Of a DNA stretch of 64,000 nucleotides, positions 41,083 to 52,027 are shown one piece after another. A program made the position numbers and the translations under genes. Position 1 is the first letter of the stretch. The number at the start of each line of letters is the position of its first letter. A model generated the notes under the pieces. That model saw only the letters and a program-made list of their open reading frames with translations. It had not been told where the DNA came from and did not search any database. Origin of the DNA: an uncultured Nitrosospira sp. (GTDB lineage Bacteria > Pseudomonadota > Gammaproteobacteria > Burkholderiales > Nitrosomonadaceae); NCBI GenBank assembly GCA_964466955.1, contig CAYXQR010000106.1, positions 3,354 through 67,353 of the forward strand, read 5' to 3'.

Positions 41083-41195
41083 TCTTCCAGCCTCAGCCCG
41101 GCGTGCAACTCGATTGCCGGGCGGATGGAGTCGGAGTCATTCTCAATGACATGATCCGGGCTATAAGGACTTTATATGAGAAGCCTTTGGCTCCG

Positions 41196-41783
41196 CTATT
41201 CTTTCGACAGAAGCTTCAGTGCCTGCCGTATGCCCTCGGAGACACTAAGCTCGGCGGATAGCTGCCTGACAGCCCAGTTGGCTTCGCGATCATTATACCC
41301 TAGGGACACCAGGGCATTGAGCACGTCGCTCGTACTCGCGGCCTCATGCCCGACCCCTGCAACGCCTGGGGTTGTGGCGCCGAAATCAAGCTTATCGCGC
41401 AGTTCCAGCAACAGGCGCTCTGCCGTTTTTTTGCCGATACCAGGAATTCGGATCAGACGCCCGCTATCCTGGGTGTCCACGGCATGATGCAACTCGGCCA
41501 CGCTCAAACCCGACAGCAGCGCCAGGGCAATACGGGCGCCTACGCCGGTTGTCTTCACGAGCTGGCGAAAAGCCTGCCTCTCCGCTTCGGTGGCGAAACC
41601 GAAAAGCAGGTGCGCGTCCTCACGCACGATCAGGTGGGTGTGGAGCGTCACCTGAGCACCAATCGCCGGCAGATTGTAGAACGTGCTCATCGGCACGTCG
41701 ATCTCGTAGCCGACGCCTTGTACGTCGATTACGACCAGCGGAGGAAACTTTCCCAGCAACAGACCGCTGACGCGTCCAATCAT
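41196..41783 (-). CDS. ruvA: Holliday junction branch migration protein RuvA
   Basis: [39 protein letters not shown] 41783 overlaps the ruvC TGA. Confidence 0.97.
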   Translation of the reverse strand: MIGRVSGLLLGKFPPLVVIDVQGVGYEIDVPMSTFYNLPAIGAQVTLHTHLIVREDAHLLFGFATEAERQAFRQLVKTTGVGARIALALLSGLSVAELHHAVDTQDSGRLIRIPGIGKKTAERLLLELRDKLDFGATTPGVAGVGHEAASTSDVLNALVSLGYNDREANWAVRQLSAELSVSEGIRQALKLLSKE

Positions 41784-42298
41784 ACGAGCCGCCCTCGTTT
41801 CACGCGATAGCTCGCTGTGGAGATTCTGCCGAGGCCCAGGCCCCCGTGGGCGTGGCAGATCGCGCAGGCCAGCGCATCCGCGGCATCCGCCCCCGGGCTG
41901 CCCGTGAGCTGCAACAACCGGCCGACCATTTCCTGCACCTGCTCTTTTTTTGCGTGACCATTCCCCACCACCGCCTGCTTGACCTGGAGCGCGGTATATT
42001 CGGCTACCACGAGGTTGTTCAGCACCGCCGTGCAAATCGCCGCCCCGCGCGCTTGTCCGAGCATCAGTGTCGATTTCGGGTTGACATTGACAAACACCTG
42101 TTCCACAGCAACCTGTTCCGGTCGATGCGACGCGATGACCTCATTAAGATGATCCATAATGGATTTGAGACGCAGAGGCAGTTTTTCTTCCAGCGTGCGG
42201 ATACAGCCGCTGCCGACGTACATCAGCCTGCCACCGGTTTTGTCGATGATCCCAAAGCCAGTGACGCGCAAGCCTGGATCGATGCCGAGAATACGGAT
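41780..42298 (-). CDS. ruvC: Holliday junction resolvase RuvC, probable non-AUG (ATC) start
   Basis: Manual translation upstream of the listed TTG gives (I)[13 protein letters not shown], with VEQVF and DAADALA downstream. An AGAGGT SD lies 6 nt before ATC at 42298. Confidence 0.9.
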   Translation of the reverse strand: MRILGIDPGLRVTGFGIIDKTGGRLMYVGSGCIRTLEEKLPLRLKSIMDHLNEVIASHRPEQVAVEQVFVNVNPKSTLMLGQARGAAICTAVLNNLVVAEYTALQVKQAVVGNGHAKKEQVQEMVGRLLQLTGSPGADAADALACAICHAHGGLGLGRISTASYRVKRGRLV

Positions 42299-42354
42299 GT
42301 TCTTACCTCTCGCCGCCTTAACCGCCTGGTGGCCGGATTACCGGATAAAAAGAC

Positions 42355-43083
42355 TTATGCATCATCCATCACAGCGGTCGTATAGACTTCTTGCACATCA
42401 TCGATGTTTTCCAGCGCATCGAGCAGTTTCTGCATTTTCATCGCATCATCGCCGATCAGTACGGTTTCATTCACGGGTTTCATGATCACTTCCCCAATTT
42501 CCGCTTTGAAACCGGCTTTTTCCAGGCCCTCCCGGACTTCGACAAACTCATACGGCGCAGTGATGACCTCGATACTGCTGTCGATATTGGAGACGATATC
42601 TTCCGCGCCTGCTTCCAGAGCCATCTCCATCAGCTTGTCTTCGTCCGTGCCCGGGGCAAACAACAATTGCCCGCAATGCTTGAACAGGAAAGCGACCGAG
42701 CCGTCGGTTCCGAGATTGCCGCCGTATTTGGTAAAAGCGTGGCGCACATCCGCGACGGTACGTACGCGATTATCGGTCATGCAATCAACCAGTACGGCCG
42801 CTCCTCCGATCCCATAGCCTTCGTAACGGATTTCTTCGTAATTCACTCCTTCCAGATCTCCGCTACCGCGCTTGATCGCCCGTTCAACATTGTCCTTGGG
42901 CATATTCTGTTCGTAAGCTTTGTCAACAGCCAGGCGCAGGCGCGGATTACTGTTGATCTCGCCACCGCCAAGCCGCGCCGCAACGGTAATTTCCTTGATG
43001 AGCCGCGTGAAAATCTTGCCGCGCTTCGCGTCCTGTGCCGCTTTCTTGTGCTTGATATTTGCCCATTTGCTGTGCCCAGCCAT
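42355..43083 (-). CDS. yebC: YebC/PmpR-family protein
   Basis: [39 protein letters not shown]. Confidence 0.97.
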   Translation of the reverse strand: MAGHSKWANIKHKKAAQDAKRGKIFTRLIKEITVAARLGGGEINSNPRLRLAVDKAYEQNMPKDNVERAIKRGSGDLEGVNYEEIRYEGYGIGGAAVLVDCMTDNRVRTVADVRHAFTKYGGNLGTDGSVAFLFKHCGQLLFAPGTDEDKLMEMALEAGAEDIVSNIDSSIEVITAPYEFVEVREGLEKAGFKAEIGEVIMKPVNETVLIGDDAMKMQKLLDALENIDDVQEVYTTAVMDDA

Positions 43084-43170
43084 AATGCTTACGTCCTATA
43101 TTCCGGATATTTTGAACGCTGCAATGTTATCACCCCGCGCCTCCTGCATAAAGAAGGTTTCAGACAGCAT

Positions 43171-44322
43171 TCACGAAGATGAATGAGGGTCCGCAATTGC
43201 ACCGGACCCCCACCGGTAAGGTGCAACTTCCAGCGGCTGAGGCTCGTTCAAAATCAGATTGGCAGCAAGCTGAGCGCTGGCGGGCGCCATCGTTACCCCG
43301 TAACGATAGTGACCACCATTGAGATAAAGGTTGGAGAGAGCAGGATGCCGATCGATGACCGGTATGTTATCTATCGAGCCGGGACGCAATCCGGCCCAAT
43401 GAGCCACCAGCGTCTCTTCCCGCAGGCCGGGCACCAGCGCATGCGCCTGGGCCAGCAACGTTTCGCGGGCCGGGCTAGTGATCCTGTTGCCGAAACCGGC
43501 CTGCTCGACGGTGCTCCCCGCAAGAACATGTCCGTCCCGGCGGGGGATCAAGTAAAAATTCTCCCGATCCCTTACCACAATCGCGCGCATCAGCCCTTCC
43601 TGCGCCTTGAACAGCAGAATCTGACCCCGGACCGGCCAGATTTCGAGCTTGTGCGCGTGCTCTCCCAGAAGCACCCGACTCCATGCACCAGCGGCAACCA
43701 CATATACGGCTGCAGCATGTTTTTCTCCGCGGCGCGTCGTAACCGACTGCACACGGCCGTTCGCGGTCTCCCAATCGATGACTTCGGCATTTTCAAGAAT
43801 GATCCCGGACTTTTTTACTGCCGTCAGCAACGCGCTCAAAAGACGGGGATTTCTCACCTGGCATATGTCAGGCAGCCGAAGCGCTGCCTGGTCACGCGCA
43901 AGCGCAGATTCGACTTCACGGGAGCGCACCTTCTGAAGCGGAAAATCACGGGACATGCACCAGTGTTCAGCGATAGCAGCGCGGCGAGTGCCCTCTGCTT
44001 GCCCCTCTGGATCCTCGGAGTCGGTTGAAGGCTCCAGCACCAGCATGCCACTGGCCTCATATTCCGGATCAATGCCCGTTTCTGCCCGGAGCGTCTCGAT
44101 GAACTGCGGATACAACCTGTTGCTCAACCGGGTCAGTTGCGTTACGGGATCGGAATAATCCCACGGAAGCAGCGGTGAGAGTAGGCCCGCACCCGCCCAG
44201 GACGCCTCGCGGCCGCAGCGATTGCGCTCCAGCAACGTTACCGTCGCCCCCAACCGCAGCAGTTCATATGCCGTGGAAAGCCCGATAATTCCGCCGCCTA
44301 TTACGATAACGTCACTGCTCAA
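43171..44322 (-). CDS. thiO: Glycine oxidase ThiO-like FAD oxidoreductase
   Basis: VIGGGIIG, ASWAGAGLL, PVRGQ, WAGLRP, GHYRYGVTMAP. TTG start. Confidence 0.8.
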   Translation of the reverse strand: MSSDVIVIGGGIIGLSTAYELLRLGATVTLLERNRCGREASWAGAGLLSPLLPWDYSDPVTQLTRLSNRLYPQFIETLRAETGIDPEYEASGMLVLEPSTDSEDPEGQAEGTRRAAIAEHWCMSRDFPLQKVRSREVESALARDQAALRLPDICQVRNPRLLSALLTAVKKSGIILENAEVIDWETANGRVQSVTTRRGEKHAAAVYVVAAGAWSRVLLGEHAHKLEIWPVRGQILLFKAQEGLMRAIVVRDRENFYLIPRRDGHVLAGSTVEQAGFGNRITSPARETLLAQAHALVPGLREETLVAHWAGLRPGSIDNIPVIDRHPALSNLYLNGGHYRYGVTMAPASAQLAANLILNEPQPLEVAPYRWGSGAIADPHSSS

Positions 44323-44330
44323 AAATTGAT

Positions 44331-44356
44331 CCTTTGACGGGCCGCCAGGTCAAAGG
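44331..44356 (-). promoter_or_regulatory. Inverted repeat containing the thiO Shine-Dalgarno sequence
   Basis: CCTTTGAC-N10-GTCAAAGG. On the minus strand the 3' arm plus the next base reads AAAGGA, 7 nt before the TTG. Confidence 0.4.
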
Positions 44357-44440
44357 CGGATTCTCAAGCGGAATGGAGAGGCGGGCAATCTGCTGGAGAT
44401 GAGTTGTTTCAAAATGCTTTATATCGGTGGGGTCAGCCGT

Positions 44441-44446
44441 TATAAT
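44441..44446 (+). promoter_or_regulatory. -10 element of the tRNA promoter
   Basis: Perfect TATAAT ending 20 bp before the tRNA; the -35 region is weak. Confidence 0.5.
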
Positions 44447-44465
44447 GCACGTCCCCTGGCAATAT

Positions 44466-44541
44466 GGGCCGTTAGCTCAGCCGGTAGAGCAGCGGACTTT
44501 TAATCCGTTGGTCGGCAGTTCGAATCTGCCACGGCCTACCA
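44466..44541 (+). tRNA. tRNA-Lys (anticodon UUU)
   Basis: 76 nt. Acceptor stem GGGCCGT/ACGGCCT, D arm GCTC/GAGC, anticodon arm GCGGA-CTTTTAA-TCCGT, T arm GGCAG-TTCGAAT-CTGCC, encoded CCA. Confidence 0.98.
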
Positions 44542-44578
44542 TAAATTTCCTTTCTTCAGGGTCTTACGCTAAAAAGCG

Positions 44579-44905
44579 CTAAAAATTGATACGCGAACTG
44601 ATCGTTTCGTATATTTTTGTACTGAACTCGGTCGCCTGCTGCACAATTTCCCGTTCCGCCGGGTCCTTGATCTTTCCGGCTTTCGTCAGCTTTTCTCCGA
44701 TTCTGAAACCATTGTCCCACGCCGCCTTGCAGATAGGCTCGCCAAAAACATGCTTCTTGCCGGCAATGTGACCAGCCAGCCCGCTCAGAAATTTGTCATT
44801 GGTGCCGGAGAAATAACCGCCTATTGTGCACAACTTATAATCCTCCTCGGTTCCAAAACTGCAGGTGGAGAAGGCCAGGAAAAAAAAAGTCAAAAACCAT
44901 TTCAT
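44579..44905 (-). CDS. Small hypothetical exported protein (108 aa)
   Basis: MKWFLTFFFLAFSTCSFG signal peptide and an AAGGA SD 8 nt upstream of ATG 44905. No family recognised. Confidence 0.65.
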   Translation of the reverse strand: MKWFLTFFFLAFSTCSFGTEEDYKLCTIGGYFSGTNDKFLSGLAGHIAGKKHVFGEPICKAAWDNGFRIGEKLTKAGKIKDPAEREIVQQATEFSTKIYETISSRINF

Positions 44906-45186
44906 ATTCATAATCCTTGAGGGTGAGTGTAAACGCCGCTGCCCGGCTCCGCATATGGGAATTTTACGAGGCAATGGCGTTGCTGCACAAATGTGTTTTC
45001 ATAGTGACGCACGATGAAAGGATAGCGTGCCAAGCAGATGGAAGTTGCATACCGCTCCTGGGACTTCCTTTGCATTTGACGTGGCCCAAGTTTTTTTTGT
45101 TATATTTGACTCGACCGGAGCATTGTTTTTGAACTTGCAGCCGCCGGTTCCACCCGACTCGAACAGATACATCAAGGGCTTGAACA

Positions 45187-46233
45187 TTGAGCGCGAAAGC
45201 TTTCCATTTCTCTTTATTACCTAGTACTTACTCAGCACCCGTCTGGCTGCGTGGGGGCCATGCGCAAACCATCTACCCCTATCTTCTTCCGCGGTCCCTG
45301 GTCGCATACAGACGGGAACGATGGGAACTGGAAGATGGCGATTTCGTCGATGTCGACTGTCTGGACAATGACGCGGCTGCTCCGCTGGTGGTGTTTTTTC
45401 ATGGCCTGGAAGGAAGCTCGGGCAGCCATTATGTCGTAAGTGCCATGAGTCTGCTGCAGGAATTGGGGTGGCGCGCGATGGTGGTACACTTTCGCGGCTG
45501 CTCCGGTTTACCGAATCGTCTTCCACGAGCATATCATGCAGGCGATTCGGCTGAGGTGGGTTGGATACTTCGCCGCGTAAGCATTGACAATGCTCTTTCC
45601 AACTCCAGTGCGCCTGTTTACGCTGTGGGGGTATCATTGGGAGGCAATGCGCTATTGAAATGGCTGGGTGAACAGGGGCGGGAGGCCTGCGGTCTGCTCG
45701 ATGGAGTAGTGGCCGTATCCGTGCCGCTGGACCTGGCCGCAGCGGGAAAGGCGCTGGCTTCGGGGTTCAATCTGCTTTATACACGTCATTTTCTGGATAC
45801 ATTGAAGCGCAAGGCCCTGGGAAAACTCGAGAGCTTTCCCGGCCTGTTCGATGGAACGGCAGTCGCCATGTGCAACACGCTGTATGAATTCGATAATCTT
45901 GTTACTGCTCCTTTGCATGGCTTCCGCAATACCGAAGACTATTGGTTGCGATCAAGCAGCAAGCAGTGGCTCAGACACATTGAAGTTCCCACCCTTGTTA
46001 TCAATGCGCTCAATGATCCTTTCATGCCGGTGCATGCCCTGCCAAAACCGTTTGAGGTTTCTTCTGCGGTTGTCCTGGAGTTTCCTGAAGAAGGCGGTCA
46101 TGTGGGGTTTCTGAATTCACCCTTTCCGGGCAGATTGAGATGGCTGCCGGAAAGAATTGTCAGTTTTTTTGGTGAGCAGGGAAGCCGCACCGCGCATTCG
46201 ACGGACGGGTTGGCCACGCTGCAAATTTCCTGA
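45187..46233 (+). CDS. YheT-like alpha/beta hydrolase
   Basis: GGHAQTI, FHGLEG...SHY, HFRGCSG..N, nucleophile GVSLG, NALNDPF, GGHVGF. Confidence 0.9.
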   Translation: MSAKAFHFSLLPSTYSAPVWLRGGHAQTIYPYLLPRSLVAYRRERWELEDGDFVDVDCLDNDAAAPLVVFFHGLEGSSGSHYVVSAMSLLQELGWRAMVVHFRGCSGLPNRLPRAYHAGDSAEVGWILRRVSIDNALSNSSAPVYAVGVSLGGNALLKWLGEQGREACGLLDGVVAVSVPLDLAAAGKALASGFNLLYTRHFLDTLKRKALGKLESFPGLFDGTAVAMCNTLYEFDNLVTAPLHGFRNTEDYWLRSSSKQWLRHIEVPTLVINALNDPFMPVHALPKPFEVSSAVVLEFPEEGGHVGFLNSPFPGRLRWLPERIVSFFGEQGSRTAHSTDGLATLQIS

Positions 46234-46272
46234 CAGCCCCTTCAAGCAATCCTCGACCAAGTCCTGGTACAC

Positions 46273-49200
46273 ATGCCTCCGCCTCCTGTCTTCGTACATC
46301 TGCGCCTGCACAGTGAATACTCGGTTGTGGATGGCATTGTGCGCATCGATGAGGCAGTGGAGAAAGCAGCAGCGGATGCCATGCCGGCTCTGGCGCTGAC
46401 CGATCTTTCCAATCTGTTCGGACTCGTCAAGTTTTATCAGGAGGCACGCAACAAGGGTATCAAACCCGTCGTCGGTTGCGATGTGTGGATCAGCAATGAA
46501 AACGATCGCGACAAACCGGGACGAATTTTGCTGCTGTGTCAGTCCTACGCGGGTTATTTGTTGTTATGCCGCCTGCTATCGCGTGCATTTCGCGAAAACC
46601 AGTATCGTGGACGCGCTGAAATTGCGAAATCCTGGCTGAAAGAAAGCGAAGCCGGAACAAGCGGATTGATTGCCCTGTCGGGAGCCCACCTGGGAGATAT
46701 CGGTCAAGCGCTCATGCAGAACGATTCCATTCAGGCCGGCGTGCTTGCGCGGGAATGGGCTACCCTGTTTCCCGGCCGCTTCTACATTGAAGTCCAGCGC
46801 GCGGGACATGGCAATGCCGAGCCTCTGCTGCAGAGAGCGCTGATGCTGGCCTCCGCCTTGCAGCTACCCGTGGTCGCAACCCAGCCGGTGCAGTTTCTGA
46901 ATCCGGAGGATTATCGCGCCCACGAAGCGCGGGTGTGTATCGCGGAAGGCTATGTGCTGGGAGACCGCCGCCGGCCGAAGCACTATACCGAAGAGCAGTA
47001 TTTCAAGACTCAGGTGCAAATGGCAGCGCTTTTTGCCGATATTCCTTCGGCGCTGGCCAATAGTGTCGAAATCGCCAAGCGCTGCAATCTCTCTCTTGAG
47101 CTGGGGGTGAACCGGCTTCCACTGTTTCCCACGCCCGCCGATGAAAGCCTTGAAAGCTACTTGCGCAAGCAGGCGGCAGCGGGTCTGACGAAACGCTTGC
47201 AGGCTCTTTATCCCGACCCCATTCAACGCGAGGCAGTCGGGCACAAGTATCGTTCCCGGCTGGACTTCGAGGCCGATACCATTGTGCAGATGGGTTTCGC
47301 AGGTTATTTCCTGATTGTTGCGGACTTCATCAACTGGGCCAAACAGCACCGTGTGCCCGTCGGGCCCGGCCGGGGTTCGGGCGCAGGGTCACTGGTCGCA
47401 TATTGCCTGGGCATCACCGATCTGGACCCGCTGCGCTACGACCTGCTGTTCGAACGCTTTCTCAATCCGGAGCGTGTTTCCATGCCCGACTTCGACATCG
47501 ATTTCTGCCAGGATGGGCGCGAACACGTGATCGAGTACGTAAAACTGAAATACGGGGTAGAGAGCGTCTCGCAGATTGCGACTTTCGGCACCATGGCGGC
47601 GAAAGCGGTCGTGCGCGACGTTGGAAGAGTGCTGGATCTACCCTATACCTTTGTCGATCAACTGGCGAAACTGGTGCCTTTCGAACTGGGCATGACACTC
47701 AAGAAAGCGCGGGCAGAGGAGCCGCAATTGAACCAGCGCGCACAGGCGGAAGAGGAGGTCCGCAATCTTCTGGAATTGGCCGAACGACTCGAAGGAATCA
47801 CGCGCAATGTGGGCATGCACGCGGGCGGCGTACTGATTGCGTCAGGGAAGATTACCGATTTCTGCCCGGTCTATTGCACCGATTCGGGTGAATCCGTGAT
47901 CAGCCAGCTGGACAAGGACGATGTGGAGAAAATCGGCCTGGTGAAGTTCGACTTCCTGGGATTGAGAACATTGACCATTCTTGACTGGACCGTACGTTAC
48001 ATCAGGCAGCGCCAGTGGATCAATGAGGTGGATGCGATGGCGCATGCATCCTTTTCCCTGGAAGAACTGGCTCTCGACGACCCTGCGACTTACGCGCTGT
48101 TACGTAATGGAAACGCAGTGGGTATTTTCCAGTTCGAATCGCGCGGCATGAAGGATCTGCTGCAGAAAGCCCGGCCCGACCGTTTCGAAGACATTATTGC
48201 GCTGGTGGCCTTATACCGCCCTGGTCCGATGTCGCTGATTCCCGAGTTCATCGATCGCAAACATGGCAAGCGCAAGGTGGAGTATCTGGATCCGCGCCTG
48301 CAGCCGATACTCGAGCCCACCTATGGCATCATGGTCTATCAGGAACAGGTGATGCAGATCGCCCAGATCATAGGGGGATACAGTCTCGGCAGCGCCGATC
48401 TGCTGCGACGCGCGATGGGCAAGAAGAAGCCCGAGGAAATGGCCCTCCATCGCGATACATTTGTTGCGGGGGCGGTTGGAAACGGATTGACGCAAAGTGC
48501 CGCGATTGAACTCTTCGATCTGATGGAGAAATTCGCTGGATACGGGTTCAATAAATCGCATGCGGCCGCCTATGCCCTGATCGCCTTTCAAACCGCCTAC
48601 CTGAAGGCACACTATCCTGCAGAGTTCATGGCGGCTACGCTGTCTGCGGATATGGACGACACTGACAAGGTACACGCTTTTTTCGAGGATAGCCTCGCCA
48701 ATGGGCTCACCATGCAACCACCGGACATCAACCTTTCCGGTTACCGGTTTGTTCCTACGGACGAAAAAACGGTACGGTACGGGCTGGGGGCAATCAAGGG
48801 AACAGGCGAGTCCGCGATTAACGCGATTATCCGGGCGCGTGAGCACCAGGGACCCTTTCTTGATCTGTTCGATTTCTGCCACCGGGTGGATAAACGCATC
48901 GTAAACCGACGCGTAATAGAATCGCTTATCCGCGCGGGCGCGTTCGATTCCCTGGATCGTCACCGCGCCGGATTGATGGCTTCAATCGGGCTGGCCCTCG
49001 AATCCGCGGAGCAGGCGGGCCGCGCCGTCAATCAGGTGAGTCTGTTTGGTGAAGCTGGGAGCGCCATGGCGCAACACGATCTGATCAGCGCGCCGGCATG
49101 GCCGGAAAAGGAGAAATTGAAAAACGAGAAAGCGGCGCTGGGATTCTATTTGAGCGGACATCCCTACCATGCCTACATGGAGGAATTGCAGCATTTCGTC

Positions 49201-49770
49201 CGCACACGGCTCGACCGCCTGCATCCCCAACGGGAGCCGCAGCTCCTCGCCGGCATCGTGTATGCCATACGTACTCAGGTTACACGACGAGGCAGAATGG
49301 GCGTAATCGTGCTGGACGACGGCAGCGCACAGATCGAAGTGGTGGCCTTCAGCGCATTATTCGAGTCTGCCCGTAGCTGGCTGAAAGAAGATCAGCTGGT
49401 GATCGCGGAAGCCAAGGTAGGCATCAGGGGCGGAGATGACGAGTATGGTGGTGGCCTGCGGATCACTGCCGAGCAATTGTATGACTTTGACAGCGCGCGC
49501 GCCCGTCATGCCAAATGCCTGGAAATCCATTGTAACGGACTGGCTGACGCGAGAAGGCTCGGGGAACTGTTGACGCCCCACCTTGCCAGTGGCAAAAGTG
49601 ACAATGGCAGAATGAATCAGGATTCCTGCCCGGTGCGGGTGGTCTACCGCAATCAGGACGCGTTATGCAAGCTTGAACTGGGTGAACAATGGCGCGTGTG
49701 CCTTCCAGATACGCTGCTGCAATCCTTGAGCGCACATTACAAGACAGAAAATATCAAGATTATCTACTGA
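46273..49770 (+). CDS. dnaE: DNA polymerase III alpha subunit
   Basis: HLRLHSEYS PHP domain, GPGRGSGAGSLVAY, PDFDID, HAGGV, KFDFLGL, FNKSH, C-terminal OB fold. Normal length, no intein. Confidence 0.99.
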   Translation: MPPPPVFVHLRLHSEYSVVDGIVRIDEAVEKAAADAMPALALTDLSNLFGLVKFYQEARNKGIKPVVGCDVWISNENDRDKPGRILLLCQSYAGYLLLCRLLSRAFRENQYRGRAEIAKSWLKESEAGTSGLIALSGAHLGDIGQALMQNDSIQAGVLAREWATLFPGRFYIEVQRAGHGNAEPLLQRALMLASALQLPVVATQPVQFLNPEDYRAHEARVCIAEGYVLGDRRRPKHYTEEQYFKTQVQMAALFADIPSALANSVEIAKRCNLSLELGVNRLPLFPTPADESLESYLRKQAAAGLTKRLQALYPDPIQREAVGHKYRSRLDFEADTIVQMGFAGYFLIVADFINWAKQHRVPVGPGRGSGAGSLVAYCLGITDLDPLRYDLLFERFLNPERVSMPDFDIDFCQDGREHVIEYVKLKYGVESVSQIATFGTMAAKAVVRDVGRVLDLPYTFVDQLAKLVPFELGMTLKKARAEEPQLNQRAQAEEEVRNLLELAERLEGITRNVGMHAGGVLIASGKITDFCPVYCTDSGESVISQLDKDDVEKIGLVKFDFLGLRTLTILDWTVRYIRQRQWINEVDAMAHASFSLEELALDDPATYALLRNGNAVGIFQFESRGMKDLLQKARPDRFEDIIALVALYRPGPMSLIPEFIDRKHGKRKVEYLDPRLQPILEPTYGIMVYQEQVMQIAQIIGGYSLGSADLLRRAMGKKKPEEMALHRDTFVAGAVGNGLTQSAAIELFDLMEKFAGYGFNKSHAAAYALIAFQTAYLKAHYPAEFMAATLSADMDDTDKVHAFFEDSLANGLTMQPPDINLSGYRFVPTDEKTVRYGLGAIKGTGESAINAIIRAREHQGPFLDLFDFCHRVDKRIVNRRVIESLIRAGAFDSLDRHRAGLMASIGLALESAEQAGRAVNQVSLFGEAGSAMAQHDLISAPAWPEKEKLKNEKAALGFYLSGHPYHAYMEELQHFVRTRLDRLHPQREPQLLAGIVYAIRTQVTRRGRMGVIVLDDGSAQIEVVAFSALFESARSWLKEDQLVIAEAKVGIRGGDDEYGGGLRITAEQLYDFDSARARHAKCLEIHCNGLADARRLGELLTPHLASGKSDNGRMNQDSCPVRVVYRNQDALCKLELGEQWRVCLPDTLLQSLSAHYKTENIKIIY

Positions 49771-49809
49771 TGCGCCCTAAAGAGGATATCTCGCTTCAGT
49801 CCGGGGCGC

Positions 49810-49838
49810 TTGACCGCCAGGATGAGTAGCTCTACTAT
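49810..49838 (+). promoter_or_regulatory. Sigma70-type promoter for yggS
   Basis: TTGACC-N17-TACTAT. Confidence 0.55.
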
Positions 49839-49906
49839 TCTTGTGCTCCTCCGAGCGGGCTATCCTCGTGAATGCCTGGAGGCGATTGCAATATAAAGGC
49901 GGAAAA

Positions 49907-50668
49907 TTGGAACCGAATACCACAACTATCGCAGCAGGTTTGCAAAAAGTAAAAGATCGTATCGTAGAGATCGCCCGCGGGGCGGGGCGGCAGCCAGAGG
50001 AAATTACGCTTCTGGCTGCAAGCAAGACCAATCCTGCGGAGCGTTTGCGCGAAGCCTTCGCTGCGGGGCAGACGATATTCGGGGAAAACTATCTTCAGGA
50101 AGCCCTGATGAAAATGCCCGAACTCACCGATCTGCCGATTGAATGGCACTTCATCGGCCCCATACAGAGCAACAAGACCCGCCGCATAGCGGAAAATTTT
50201 GCGTGGGTGCATAGCGTTGACCGAAAGAAAATTGCCGATCGGCTGTCGAAAGACCGCCCGGAATCATTGCCCCCACTTCAGATCTGCCTTCAGATCAACG
50301 TCAGCGGAGAGGACAGCAAGAGCGGTGTTGCACCCGAGGAAGTAGTCGACCTGGCTGCCTATGTGGCGACCCTGCCTCGGCTGAAGCTGCGCGGAGTAAT
50401 GGCTATTCCGGAACTTACCAAGGCCACTGCGCTGCAGCGCAGCCAGTTCCGCATGCTGAAAGAAGCATTCGATCGCTTGAAACAATCGGGCTACGATCTG
50501 GATACCATATCGATGGGCATGACCGAGGATCTGGATGTTGCTATTGAAGAAGGGGCCACGACAGTCCGGATAGGAACGGCGATTTTTGGACCCAGGCGCT
50601 ATGCCATCCCCGAAGAGATCGCTGCTGCCAAACTAAAAAATTCCGGCAAGGCGCCTGGAACAGGTTAA
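49907..50668 (+). CDS. yggS: PLP homeostasis protein (YggS/PipY family)
   Basis: LLAASK (PLP lysine), FGENYLQE, WHFIGPIQSNK, SMGMT.D, VRIGTAIFG. TTG 49907 follows a GGCGG RBS-like sequence. Confidence 0.93.
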   Translation: MEPNTTTIAAGLQKVKDRIVEIARGAGRQPEEITLLAASKTNPAERLREAFAAGQTIFGENYLQEALMKMPELTDLPIEWHFIGPIQSNKTRRIAENFAWVHSVDRKKIADRLSKDRPESLPPLQICLQINVSGEDSKSGVAPEEVVDLAAYVATLPRLKLRGVMAIPELTKATALQRSQFRMLKEAFDRLKQSGYDLDTISMGMTEDLDVAIEEGATTVRIGTAIFGPRRYAIPEEIAAAKLKNSGKAPGTG

Positions 50669-50696
50669 TCCATTCGCAGCGCAAGTGCCCTGCTCA

Positions 50697-51985
<1,289 letters not shown>

Positions 51986-52027
51986 CAGACCAGAGGAAGA
52001 TCGGTGGACGCGGTGCCGCCAGCTCTT

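Noticed and set aside
42391-43182. 263-aa antisense ORF opposite yebC
   Set aside because: Shadow frame with no protein-like motifs.
44323-44465. Canonical TPP riboswitch upstream of thiO
   Set aside because: Lacks the P1-P3 architecture and the AGCGTAGGGA 3' motif; only the SD hairpin is kept as a finding.
44999-45187. 62-aa minus-strand ORF in the tRNA islet
   Set aside because: TTG start overlapping the hydrolase start, no RBS, and no recognisable features.
48211-48963. 250-aa antisense ORF in dnaE, and a possible intein or insertion in DnaE
   Set aside because: DnaE is normal length with contiguous motifs and no intein signature; the ORF is a shadow frame.
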